DNA of 64,000 bases from Emiliania huxleyi CCMP1516 (GCF_000372725.1 NW_005201912.1:377711-441710); one strand, 5' to 3'; positions 46,346 through 58,535 are shown, numbered from the stretch's first letter. Numbers and translations: made by a program. Notes: generated by a model not told the origin, from the sequence alone.

Positions 46346-49300
46346 ATGGAGGCGCCCCCACTGGCGCCATCTCCGCCGTCGCCGCCCTCGCCTCCGGGTC
46401 AGGCTGCCGCGCAGGGTGCGGCGCCTGCGGTCGGCGACGTGTACATCGGCACACCCCGACTCCTTTCGCACGCTCGAGGCGATCCGTCGAAAGGCGACTT
46501 CGACCTGGCCGTCGTGCGTCGACTTGGCGTCCCCCACCTGGACGAAGCTGGCAGCTGCTTTATCGCCGTGTACCAACGCGACGACGGAATCATCCGCGAG
46601 AAGCGATGGGGGCCGAACGACAGCTACCGAAAGACGATGACGCGAGTGGGGCGGGTCAATCTGTCGACCGGCAGCGTTGAGGCCTTCGACCCGCCGAACT
46701 TTGAAGGCGAGGCCGTCTTCACCGAGTGCGACTTGAAACGGCTCCTAGCCGAAGGCCAGAGCAAGCGCAAGCGCAAGGCCAGGCCGCCGCCAGCAGAGCC
46801 CACCATGCCAAACCCCGCGCGCCGCCAACGGGGCTGGATGCGCCCCGTCACCGGCCCTGGCAGCGGGACGGGCGGGCCCGAGAACGCGATTGAGCTGTCT
46901 GACGACGATGATCCGAGTCCGCAGCGCGTGAGAGGGGTGGCGGCAGCGGCGGCGGCAGCGGCACCAGCGGCGGCACCAGCGGCACCAGCGGCAGCGGCGG
47001 CAGCGGCGGCAGCGGCACCAGCGGCGGCACCAGCGGCACCAGCGGCACCAGCGGCACCAGCGGCACCAGCGGCAGCGGCGGCAGCGGCGGCAGCGGCGGC
47101 AGCGGCGGCAGCGGCAGCAGCGGCGGCAGCGGCGGCAGCGGAGCAGGGGCGGGGGCAGGACGACGAGGCGGCGGCTGCGACGGCTGCGGCCGGAGAGCCT
47201 CGGGCGACGCCGGCACGGGCAGCAGCACCAGGGCCGGCCGGGCCGGACCGCAGCGCGAGGGAGCGCACACCAGCCGACCCGAAGCTGCGGTCGCTGATCG
47301 ACATGGGCTTTCCCGAGGGCGACGCCCGCATCGCGCTCGCCCATTGCAGCGGCGACGTGAACGACGCGGCCGAGCAGCTGCTGCGATCAGCGAACAGCAA
47401 CGGCGGGGTGCGCGGCGGCGAGGCGGCGGCCAGCTCGAGCAGCAGCGGCGGCGCGGGCAGCAGCGGCGGCGCGGGGAGTGGCGAGGAGGCGGCGCCAGAG
47501 CTAGGGGTGGACAGAGGTGGCAGCGACGCCGCTGAGCTAGAGGCTGACAGAGCAGATGGGTGGGAGACGGGCTCAGACGCTTCTCACCACAGCGGCTCGG
47601 CGGCATCGCAGGGTGGGGCATCGTCGGTGACGAAGCCGGTGCCCATCGATCTCGATTCGGTGACGTGCCAAGTTCATCCGATCGACGAGGTGAGGCAGGA
47701 CTTCATCGGGGACGTCAAGGCCCTCTTCGCCAAGCGGTTCCCGAAGATGAGAGGGCGGGACCAGCTGGTGAGCGCGCTGCTGGAGGGGCTCGTCAAGGAG
47801 CACCAGTCCACGTTGTCCAATTTTGCTCTTTTCACGGGGCGCCAGATCTCCTCCCCCAGAGCGCCAGAGCTGCGCAGCCTGCATTTGGCGCTCGCGACGC
47901 GGGGAGTCGACCGACCGCCTGGCGAGTGCGAAGAGGAGGAAGACGGTTGCGTGGAGATTCTCGGCGCCTCGGCCATCGCCAAGGTGTACAGGGGTGCACG
48001 CGACCCGACCTTTCACTCCGCCGTCGTCACCTTGTTCAGCGTGAGCGAGACGCACGAGAAGCAGGGCATCGGCACCAAACTCCTCGCGCGCATACAGGAA
48101 TGGGCAGCCGACGAGGCGGCCGCGCCGATCGAGCGAGGCGGCGGCAGCAGTGCCGGCAGCAGTAGTGGCGGCGGCGGAGGCGGCGGCCGAGGCGGCGGCG
48201 GCGGCGGCGGGGGTGGCGGCGGCGGCGGCGGCGGCGGCAGCTTGCTCATTCTCTCCGCCGGTGACAATTGGTGGGAGAAGCGCCTCAAGCAGCGCGGGCT
48301 GAGGTTCAGTAAGCACGACGATCGCGACGCGCTACTTAAGGCGGTTGGCGTGAACGCAGCCTTCCCGCCCAGCTTCTGGCTGCCTTGGCCGCTGAACGAC
48401 GACATGGTGGTCCTCGACGTCAAGATCTCGAGCATCTCCAAGGTCGTGACCGACGAGCGGGCGAAGGAGGAACGCTCCACTCGCCTCCCGCCGAGCCGGC
48501 CCATCTTCTTCGAGGGTTGCTGCGGTTCCCGCCGTTTGGCGAACGAGCTTGCGTCACATCAGTGGCACACTATCTCTTGCGACGACGGCTCGAAGGGCAT
48601 CCCGCGCGAGGAGCCGCACGACTGGACTGTCCCGTGCGACGTCATTTTCCCCACCGACGTCCACCCCAACCTCTTCGCCGAGGCGAACGCGCCGATGCAC
48701 ATCCACATCGACGGAAAGCTCGAGGATATCAAGCCGGCGTTGCTGCCGACGCTCACCGCCGCGAGCTACTCCCCGAACTGCGCATCGCAGAGCGACATGG
48801 CGGCGGACAAGCACCCACGGCTTGCTGAGGACCGTATGGTCGCCGTCGCCGAGGGCGCATCGGACCTGAGCAAGGAGTGGGACTTTTGCGTGAAGCACAT
48901 TAGCCGCATCAACGCCGATCAGCGAGACCGCGACTTGGGCCCGGGACGGAAGAACAGCGATTTCGGCTTCCTGTTCGAGCAGCCTTCGACGTCGCGCGTC
49001 AGGCTGCACAACCACATTTTGTTCATGCAGTTACCGATTCAAAATGGCGGGGACGGCGCCCAGCGGACCACCGTCGACATCTGCCAGCTCGGCGGGCCGT
49101 CGCAGAAGCCAACCGACCTCTGGGTTTCGCAGCTGCCCGCTGTCTACGAGCAGCTGTGCACCGCCGACGGCAGCCAGAAGTACAAGTGCCCTGGCTTGTC
49201 TCCCTTCCACCAGCATGTGTCGCTGCGGACAGCCAAGCGGGGCCCTGGCCCCGGGCAGCGCCCGAGCGACCCGTATCGAGGCGCGCGCTTCCATCCGCTT

Positions 49301-49354
49301 TTGGCTGGGCTCCTTGCGCTCGGCATCAACCAGTCCCTTCGAGGCCGGTCGTGA
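46346..49354 (+). CDS. Intronless UBA + GNAT acetyltransferase + C5 DNA cytosine methyltransferase-like fusion protein
   Basis: UBA: LIDMGFPEGDARIALAHCSGDVNDAAEQLL. GNAT: TLFSVSETHEKQGIGTKLL. MTase: FEGCCGS (I), SPNC (IV), FEQP (VI), ICQLGGPSQKPTDLW (VIII). Confidence 0.8.
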   Translation: MEAPPLAPSPPSPPSPPGQAAAQGAAPAVGDVYIGTPRLLSHARGDPSKGDFDLAVVRRLGVPHLDEAGSCFIAVYQRDDGIIREKRWGPNDSYRKTMTRVGRVNLSTGSVEAFDPPNFEGEAVFTECDLKRLLAEGQSKRKRKARPPPAEPTMPNPARRQRGWMRPVTGPGSGTGGPENAIELSDDDDPSPQRVRGVAAAAAAAAPAAAPAAPAAAAAAAAAAPAAAPAAPAAPAAPAAPAAAAAAAAAAAAAAAAAAAAAAAAEQGRGQDDEAAAATAAAGEPRATPARAAAPGPAGPDRSARERTPADPKLRSLIDMGFPEGDARIALAHCSGDVNDAAEQLLRSANSNGGVRGGEAAASSSSSGGAGSSGGAGSGEEAAPELGVDRGGSDAAELEADRADGWETGSDASHHSGSAASQGGASSVTKPVPIDLDSVTCQVHPIDEVRQDFIGDVKALFAKRFPKMRGRDQLVSALLEGLVKEHQSTLSNFALFTGRQISSPRAPELRSLHLALATRGVDRPPGECEEEEDGCVEILGASAIAKVYRGARDPTFHSAVVTLFSVSETHEKQGIGTKLLARIQEWAADEAAAPIERGGGSSAGSSSGGGGGGGRGGGGGGGGGGGGGGGGSLLILSAGDNWWEKRLKQRGLRFSKHDDRDALLKAVGVNAAFPPSFWLPWPLNDDMVVLDVKISSISKVVTDERAKEERSTRLPPSRPIFFEGCCGSRRLANELASHQWHTISCDDGSKGIPREEPHDWTVPCDVIFPTDVHPNLFAEANAPMHIHIDGKLEDIKPALLPTLTAASYSPNCASQSDMAADKHPRLAEDRMVAVAEGASDLSKEWDFCVKHISRINADQRDRDLGPGRKNSDFGFLFEQPSTSRVRLHNHILFMQLPIQNGGDGAQRTTVDICQLGGPSQKPTDLWVSQLPAVYEQLCTADGSQKYKCPGLSPFHQHVSLRTAKRGPGPGQRPSDPYRGARFHPLLAGLLALGINQSLRGRS

Positions 49355-49708
49355 GGGGCATCCTGCTGCAGGGGTGTACAATGGGCGCTCCTTGAGCGAC
49401 ATACGTGTATGCTACAGGACGGTGTTGGCCGCATTAGTGATGGCCTCACTGTCTCATCCATGCCCTACACACGGGTCACGGCTTTCGCATGTGATGACGA
49501 TATACCATATACGACGTCCCAGTACCTCGTGAATACTGAATTTATGTGTGTGCACGTGTCGGCCATGCAGCATGTGCACACAGTGACAAGACGCTCTCGC
49601 ATGTCGCATCCTTGTTTACGTGGGGTAGGGGTCGTGCTTTCATTATACAGTCACACAGTAAAGCCGTCTCGTCTCTATAGAGAGTATACACACAATACAA
49701 CAGAGGTC

Positions 49709-52526
49709 TCACATCGCGCTGCGCGAGATCATGTCAACCTCGTCCTCCTCCGACATACCAAACGGCGCCGCCATCGCAACCTCCTGTAGCAGCGTCGCGC
49801 TCAGCGTCGGCGCCGCCGGATCGATGTCCACCTCCTGCAGCAGCGACTGCTGCAACCCGCCCCCCGCAGCGCTGGACACGCCCCCGCCCCCGTCGACCAT
49901 CAGCTGGGCCGCCTCCGCCTCCACCTCCGCCTCCGCCACCTCCGCCGCCGCCTCCTCTACCACAGGAGGCGGCGCTGGCGCCTCCGCCTCCGCCTCCGCC
50001 TCCGCCTCCGCCTCCGCCTCCGCCGCCTCCGCCTCCGCCGCCTCCGCCTCCGCCGGCTGCTGCTGCTCCACCCGCTTAGCAAGCTGCCGCTTCTGCCGCT
50101 CCGCGCCCGACACGAGCCGCGCCACCTTAATCGATGGGGAACGGCTGATCAATCAACGAATTTGCACTTGTGCGCCCGACACGAGCCGCGACACCTTGCT
50201 GTCCCACTGCCGCGCCGCCGCGAAGTCGCCCTGCTCCGCCTCGTACCGCGCCTGCAGGCGAGTCGTGGACGTGTCGTGGACGTGTCTCGGATGCGTCGCG
50301 GACGTGTCGCGGAAGTGTCGCGGACGTGACTCGGAAGTGACTCGGAAGTGTCTCCGAGGCGTCTCAAAGGCGTCTCGGAGGTGTCTCGGAGGTGTCTCGG
50401 AGGTGTCTCGAAAGCGTCTCGGAGGTGTCATTGAGGTGTCTCGGAGTGTCACTGAGGCGGCCGCCTGCTGCCCGGCGAGCGCGGCGAGCCGCACGGTGCG
50501 GAGCAGCATCGTGCGCGACACCTCGAGCGACGGCGTGCCGCCTCGCGACGCGTTGACCACCGCCTGGATCCGGCGCCGCAAAAAGAGTAAACGACGGCGG
50601 GACGAGCCTCGGGGACGCCCCTTTCGCCGGCGCCGCCTGCAGCTGCGCCCCCTCGGCGCGGAAGCGGGGTGCAGCCTGCGTCGTCGCGTTGCACTCGCCG
50701 TCGCTCGCGTTGAAGCCGCCCGCCTTGACGGCGCGCGTGTAGAAGACCGCCGACGCCTTTGGCTGGCGCGCGAGTGTGCCTGGGGAGATATGGGGAGGTA
50801 TGGGGAGGGATGGGGAGATATGCCTGGCTCGACGCGGGCGAGTTGAGGGAGATATGGGGAGATATGGGGAGATATGGGGAGATATGCCTGGCTCGACGCG
50901 TACGAGGCCGAAGCGCGTGCCGAAGCCGTGTTCCCACTCCGCCGCGTCGAGCAGCGACCAGACAAAGTAGCCGCGCACGGGCACGCCCTCCCCCATCGCG
51001 CGGTGGACTGCCTGGCGGGCGGGCGAGGGGCGGGTGAGGGGCGGGCGGGTGAGGGGCGGTGACACGGAGACTCAGAGAGACAGAGAGACAGAGAGACACG
51101 GAGACACAGGGCGGATTGCCTGCAGGTATCGCTTGAGGGAGATATGGGGAGATATGGGGAGATCTGGGGAGATATGCCTGCAGGTACCGCTTGAGGTAGC
51201 AGACGCGCGCCGTGTCGCGCGTGGCCTCGTGCGGCGCCGCGTCGTCGCCGCGGCTCGGGAACCTGCCCGCAGCTGGAGGCGTGAAGAGGCGCCGCTCACG
51301 GCTGGAGGTGTGAAGAGGCGGCCGAGCAGGCGCCTGTTCACGTCTAGAGCGTCAAGAGGCGCCGTTCACGGCTGGAGGTGTGAAGAGGCGGCCGAGCAGG
51401 GCCACCCGCTCTCGGTGATGACGATGCCGCCGCGCGGCTGGTAGGTTTCGTCAATGTGCTTGAGCAGCTTGTAGAGCCCGAACGGGGCAATGTCCCACCC
51501 GAGGCTGTTCTTGCGCGCACCGCGCGTGCTGTGCCACCGCACGCCCTCCGCCGCGTAAAAGGAGGTCTCGGGCAGCGGCGGGAAGGTTGCGTTCGGGCGA
51601 GAGACCATCAGCGTCGAGTAGTGCTGCAGCGCGAAAAAGTCGCTCGAGTTGCGCAGTAGCGCCGCCTGCTCGGCCGTGAACGAAGGCAGCGCATCGCCCA
51701 GCGCCGCCCGCATCGCCGGCGGGTACGCGCCCGTGTAGAGCGGAGCAGCCATCCAGCCGAGGGTGAAGGCCATCGAGCGCTGCGCCGCATCCGCGTCCGC
51801 CTCCGACCCTGAGAGAGCCTCCCTCCAATCTGCGTGTACTCCGAGCGAGAGGAGGGCGCGCTGGTCGGTCGGTCGGGCCGCCTGCATCTTGCGCAGCCGA
51901 GCAGCGGCGAGGGCGTGTGCGAGCAGCATGTTGTGGGCGGCGAGGTATGGCTCGCGCGTCGGCGCCACCGTGCGGCCTGGCGGGTGCTCGCCTCGCGCAT
52001 ACCCGTTGACGGCATGCTGCGCCGGCGCGTGGAGCGTGAGCCAGTGCAGCACGCGCCCTCCGAACCGCTCAAAGCAGAGGGAGGCGTAGGCGACGAAGGC
52101 GGCGGCGGTGCGGGGCGAGAGCCAGCCATCGTGCTCGAGCTGCAGCGGAAGCGGCAGGTCCCAGTGGTACAGCGTCACCACCGGGCGGATGCCGTGCCTC
52201 AGCAGCGAGTCAATCAGCTCCGAGTAAAAGCGGATGCCATCCTCGTTGACGGCGCCGACGCCGGCGGGCATGATGCGGGCCCAGGAGAGGGAGAGCCGGT
52301 AGTACGGCACGCCCATCCGGTGCAACAGCCGCACGTCATCGCGCCACCGGCCGAAATGGTCGGCCGCAGCGTCCGCGACGGCTCCGCCGGCGACCCGACC
52401 CGGTGTGTGCGACCAGGCGTCCCAGATGGAGAGCCCGCGACCTCCAGACTGCCAACCGCCCTCGGTCTGGTAGGCGGAGGACCCCGTGCCCCACGCGAAC
52501 GCGGGAGGGAACTTGTACTCGGGCAT
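49709..52526 (-). CDS. Glycoside hydrolase family 1 protein with C-terminal extension, multi-exon
   Basis: [53 protein letters not shown]…EW…GFGTRFGL. Confidence 0.92.
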
Positions 52527-55500
52527 CCTGCTGCGCGGCGGCCCCGGCAGGACGCTTAGCCCCAACCGGGGGGGGGGGGCGCGGCGGGCGCTGAAGGCGT
52601 GAAAAAGAATTTCAGTTGGCTTCAAAAAAGATTTTACACCGCGGCCTCCTCCTGCTGCTCGTCATCCTCCGCCTCGAGGGCGTCCGCCAGCGCGCTGCGC
52701 CGCACACCCCGGCGCACAGGAGGCGGCGCCGGCCGCACCTCGGCCGCCTCGGCGGCGCCCGCGGCACGGGCGCCATGCTCGCTGTCCGCGCGGTCCATCG
52801 CCGCATCCCCATCCCCGTCTGTGGCAGCGCCGCCTGCGCCCGCGCCGGCCTGCTCTGGGACGGCGTTGAAAAAGAATCTGAATTACATTCGAAAAAAGAT
52901 TGGGTCAAGCAACTCGACGACGCGACGCGGGCGCGGCTCGCCATCAAGGACGCAGACGAGGTGGTCCGGGCGGCGGAGGCAGCGCTCGACGACCTCGCCT
53001 TCCTGCGGACCCACCACGGCGAGGTGCTGACAGTCGTCGACGGCAGCCTGGACCGCTTCGCCGTCCGCCTCGGCTTCACGCAAGGCGGCCTCTTCTCCAT
53101 GCTGAGCTTCTGCATCGCCGTCTGCTTCCTCGTCCTTAAGCCGCTCAAGGAGAGGTACCCGGAGGTTGTACCGAAGTGCATCGCCGACGACGCCCACGCG
53201 CCGACCGTCGTCCGCGAGGCCGCCGACATCGAACGGGCGGCGGAGTGGTGCACCGCCTACGTCAAGCTCTCGGAGCGAGAGCTCAACCTCTCCGCGAACG
53301 CGCGCAAGTTCAAGATCCTGCAGTCACGGAAGTGGCAGGACACGGAGCTTGACGTGGCGCGCTTCATCAAGCTCTTCCCGTCACAGATGCACGAGGGGAA
53401 GCGCAAGTGGCCGACGGTGTTGCGCGACGCGCTCCGAGTCAACGGCGTCGGCGTGGGCTTCGACGCGGCAGCGCGCGCCGGCATCGCCATGGACAAGGTG
53501 CGGGCGCAAGAGGTCAAGCTGAGGGTGCTCGAGAAGCTCACGCCGGCGCTCGGGCGGCAGACGGCCGAGCTCCTCGGACGCTTCACCCTCAAGGCGGCAA
53601 CCGCCCTCAACCACGTCGCCCGTGGCTGCGAGCCCTCGGTCACACGCGAGCCGCTCGAGTACGCGGGCGAGACGCAAGCGCAGCTCTTCCGCACGCTCAC
53701 CGCCACCAGCCCCTCCGAGATCCGTGACGTGCAGCACGACGCCAACCCCGACGGCCCGACGGAGCGGCGGTGCGAGGAGGCGATGTGGGCGATCGTGTTG
53801 TAGAAGTTCTCCTTGTCGCCCGAGATGGTCGCGTTCTCCGGCTTCGTGCCGTGCCATCCCGCGACGGTGTGGGCGTACAGGTGAGTGCCGTTCTTGGAGA
53901 ACGCGTAGTTCTTCGGGAAGTTGACAGGCACACGGGCGCGCTCCTCCGCAGCCTCGGCCGCCTCGAGGTCGGCGAGGGCGGCCGTCGCCTCGGCCGAGCC
54001 GTGTCCGTGCGTGATGCACCTCGAAGTGTACGCGGCTTCCGCAGTGGCGGTGGTGACGGTGGCGTCCTCGAGTGCCTCCGCCCTGGCCTTGGCAACCTCA
54101 GGCAGCTGTGTGGTACAGAACTGCTCCGCCCAGTCGCGCTCCTGGAGCGCGATGCACCGTTCGGCTGAGCGCGTGAAGATGCTGCAGAGCCCGAGGGGCC
54201 GGCAGCTGACGCCATCGTCCTTCCAGAGGCAGACGGCGTTGAGGTCGTCCTCAAGCCGCTTGAGACGCTCGTGCATGACACCCCAGCCAACGGAGGTGCA
54301 GAAGTTGAAGAGGCAGTCCGCCCCGTCGGTCGACTCGGTGATGATGCGGACGAGCTCGTAGTCGACTTGGGTCGGGCCGCCCTTGCGGGCGCGAGGCAAA
54401 GACTTTGCGAACTTGTTGAAGAACTTCCTCTTCAGTTCATAGCGCGCGACGCCCGGTTCGTCGGCGGTGACACTGGCAGGCGGGGCCCGCGCTTGCGGCG
54501 TCTTGCCGAGGTAGTTGGCGACGACCTTGGGGTCGCGGCCGTCGGCGGGCGCGGAGGGCGAGAAGGCCGCCCACGCCTTGCCGAACTCGCCCCGGTTCGC
54601 GTAGTAGTGGGCCCTCTTGACCATCTGTTCCATGGAAGGCTGCGAGGGGCCCGGCGAGTCGGCGGCGTCGCCCTGCTCCAGTGGGGTGGGCGGGACGGAG
54701 GCGGAGAGTGCCAGCTCTTTCCAGAGGGCCAGGAAGCCGTCGGGCGAGTGGGCGATGGTTGCGGCGCGCTCGACCATCTGGTCGGTCGTGTAGCGCGGCG
54801 AGCCGCTCGGCCGGCAGGTGACGAGGATCGTCGACGCGACGACGAAGATGGCACCTCGGGCGCCGTCTTCGGTGCCGGGCGCGTTGGGGTTGCCGCCGAA
54901 GGCCTTCATCCCGAACTCGAGCACTGAGCGGATCTTTGCACGGTACTCCTTGTTGTCGGGGAAGTCCTGGCTCTGCAGGTGGAGACGCTTGAGGCACTCG
55001 ATCGAGACGCTGTCGCAGATGGAGAGATCGTAGTCTGCGGCGGGCGTAGTGTTGAGATTGATCGTGTCGGCCACCCCCGAGGGGGAGTTCCAAGCGAGCG
55101 AGACGCCGGTGGCGTTGCGGAGGGCGGCAACAGCAGCTGCAGAGGACGCAGCGGCGCCCGGGACGGCGGGCGCCCACGCGAGCCGCCGGGTGCGAGTGGC
55201 AGCCGAGACGCCACGGTTGTCAGCGTGGGTCAGGTTGGCGCCCGGTGTGCCCGGCGCCGCGTGCTGCAGTGCCTTGGCGATGGCGTCGGTGCACTCGGCC
55301 TTCGGCGTGATCTTCTCCTTGTGGGCTTTGTGCAGCGGGTCGTTGCGAGACGAGAGGTGGTTGAAGAACATGCTCGTCCCGTTGCCACCAGAGCCATCCG
55401 GAAGTTTGTTGGGGATGAGGCAGCAAATCTGGGCGCAGCACTCGCACTTGGTGAGCCCACTGGAGGCGAGGTCCACGGGCGTGTAGTTGTGCGTCTTGAA

Positions 55501-57886
55501 GTGCGTGCAGAGCGACTTGGCTGTCTTGAAGTCTCGGGCGCAGATGGAGCAAGAGAAGGTTTGGCGAGGTGGGTTGGTGTTGGAGCTGCTGGCGGCTTGC
55601 GATCCCCCCGCCTGCTCCGCCACGTTCCCCTCCTCGCTCTCTCCTCCGACGTCCTCGTCGGACGATTCCTCGTCGCTGTCGTGGCCACTGTAAGACGGCG
55701 GGGGCTTGCCTCCATCTCGGCGCTTGAGGCGCTGGGAGATGGGCCCCTCGTCGATGTCGAAGTCGCCCTCCGAGGTGGACTCACCCGTCGTGGTGTCGAC
55801 ATGCTCTGGAGGCGCAGGAAGGGCGTCTAGGAAGGCCGCACCGGCGTCTGCCGGATCGGCGTCGGCGCCGTCGTCCGCCGGGGCGATGGCGGGTTCGTGG
55901 TCGTCGCCCGTGCCCTGCTCGCCGTCGTCGGACGCCTGTCCTTGCGGTGGCGGCGGTGGCGATGGCGGCGGCGAGATCGAGCCACCTGGATCCGGTCTGG
56001 ACTCGGGCGGCGGCGGCGGTGGTGGCGAGTCTGCGGCGTTGAGCTCTAGTACTTCGCGCTCGGCGTCGGCGAGGCGTTGTCCGGCGGCGAGGGCTTCGTC
56101 GTCGGTCGTCGCCTCGTCGAGGGCAGACGATGCGTTGTGCTTCTTAGCAAGGGCTTCCTCCTCCGCCGCCTTGTCGAGGGCAGTCGATGCGGCGCGCTTC
56201 TTGTCACGCTTCTTGCCAGCGGTGGCGTCGGCGTGGGACAAAGGGTCCGACGTGCCGTCGTGGTGTGTCTTCAGCACCTTGGACGAGCCCTTGGGATCGC
56301 CCGCACCTCCGAAGGTCGTCCGCGCTTTGCCGCTGGGCGGGGAGGCGTCGCCCTTGGCAGCAGCGTCCGCGAGTGGTGAGCGAGGGCGGACGAGCGAGCC
56401 AGATTCTTGTGTCGGCGCCGGGCGGACGACGCCGAAGTAAGTCGGGGCGAAGAGGTTGGCCGGGAACGCGTCGCCGCCGGGGGGTGGCGGTGGGGAAGGC
56501 GGCGCTGGCGGCGGCGGCGAGGGAGGAGGAGGGGGCGGCGAGGGGGGCGGTGGTGGCGGCGGTGGCGGTGGCGACGACGGTGGCACCGGCGGCGGCGACG
56601 GCGGGGCCGATGCTGTCTGGCAGTCGAGAGGCGGTTCGAACCGGCGCTTGCGCCTCGGCGGCCGGTCGATGGGGGAGGATGTCGATGGATCGAGCTCTTC
56701 GATGCTGGCGCCGTCGCCGGGCGAGGTCGAGGGCGATGCAGCCGACGATGACGCAGTGGCGCCGTTGCCGGTTGCCGTCGAGGACGACGCAGCAGATGAC
56801 GACGCAGCGGCGCCGTTGCCGTTGCCTGGCTGGGCGTAGGTGGTGACCGTGCCGGGGCTCAGGACGACAGGTTGGAGAAGGACGCCGGGATGGGCTGGCG
56901 TCGCCTCCCCTTCAAACGGGTACCAGAAGTCGAGTAGGATCTGGGTCGAGGTCGGGATTGGGTAGTGCACGTTGATGTGGGCGAGCGCCTCTTGGATGTC
57001 GCGGTACTTCTTGTGGCGCGCCCTCGAGCCCCCGACGGCGCCGTGCGCTGCGCAGAGGTCCCACGTGGAAAAGACGCCCCAACCAGACCCTGGAACGTAG
57101 AGCGCGTAGTACCAAGGCTTGGGCGCGGCGGAGACGCTGTGTAAAATGAACAGGGAAGCGAAAATGCCGTTTTTGGTGTAAGCCGCCATGAGGCCGGCGA
57201 GTAAGAGATCTCCCGGGAGCTTTGCCATCACCAGTCCCAGCGGGTCGGAGAGGTCCCAGAGGCCGCCCGCCGACGAGGTGTCGCGCGAGAAGAGACTGGT
57301 GATGGTCTCGTTTGCGGGCGTGCCGCCAACGAAGATGTCCATGTCGGAGTTGTTGGGGACGGGCGACGCCAGAACGGCGCCTCCTCGTCCTGGTGCTCGA
57401 CTGCCTTCGGTACCGGTCGGCCCGGGTCCCGGCAGGAGCGAGTCGTCGGACGGGTAGAAGATGCGCTCGGAGTCAATGAACTTGTACAACTCGTGGCTCC
57501 GAGAGGGCCGCACCTCGCACAGCCCAACCAGGCCCCCGCCCAGCGGGGTAGTTTCCTGGCTACTGGTCGGGCTGTGGTCGGTGCGGTTGGCTCCGGCTCT
57601 GCCAGTCGTCGAGGGCAATGGGCAAGACGGTTGTGCCGCCCCCGCCCCCTCATCCGAGGGGACCCCACCGGCGTTGTGGACACTGTGAGGGACAGGCTGC
57701 CTTGTGGCTGCCTTTGGTCCAGCACAGAGCCATTCTGCACGGTGCCAGGTGGGTGGGACGGTCGAGGTAGTCGGCGCCGGACCTGTGCAGCGGGTAGAAA
57801 ACACGCTAGACACGCTAGGCACACTAGACTCGTCACGCGACACAGACACAAAAGACAGGACACGAGACGAGGTAGCCTTGGCAGCA

Positions 57887-58120
57887 GCCGTGGCAGCAGC
57901 CGTGGCGGCAGCCGTGGCGGAAGCCGTGGCGGAAGCCGTGGCGACAGCCGTGGCGGAAGCCGTGGCGGAAGCCGTGGCGGGAGCCGTGGCGGGAGCCGTG
58001 GCGGAAGCCGTGGCGGGAGCCGTGGCGGAAGCCGTGGCGGAAGCCGTGGCGGAAGCCGTGGCGGAAGCCGTGGCGGAAGCCGTGGCGGAAGCCGTGGCGG
58101 AAGCCGTGGCGGAAGCCGAG
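57887..58120. repeat. 12-bp coding tandem repeat (GCCGTGGCGGAA)n encoding (ASAT)n
   Basis: Seen directly, within the retroelement ORF. Confidence 0.95.
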
Positions 58121-58535
58121 GCGGCAGCCGAGGCTGGCTCGGGAGCCGCGTCGGCAGCCGTCGGGTGCTCGACGATAGCTTGGACCGGCTCGACCGCGCT
58201 GCAGATGTTTGAAGCGGGTCGAGCTGGCAGCTCTTGGAGCGTCGAGCCGAGGAGTGGGTGTCGGACAGCGCCGACGTGGGACTCCGCTGTCGCGGCGTCC
58301 ACGGGGCGCAGAGCACGCGTGCTCTGCGCGAGTGCGAGCGCAGGATCGCTCAGGATCAGCAGCACGGCGGCCGCGAGCCGAAGAGGCCCGACAGCCGACA
58401 TGCCAGCTGCAGTAAGGAGTTTGTTGTTGTTTGTTTGTTGTTAGGGTCATTGGCTTGCACACTTTTTGACTGTACGTACTTTTAGCTTACTGGGAGAAAA
58501 GAGACTCTAGAAAAGAGACTCTCTCTCTCTCTCTC

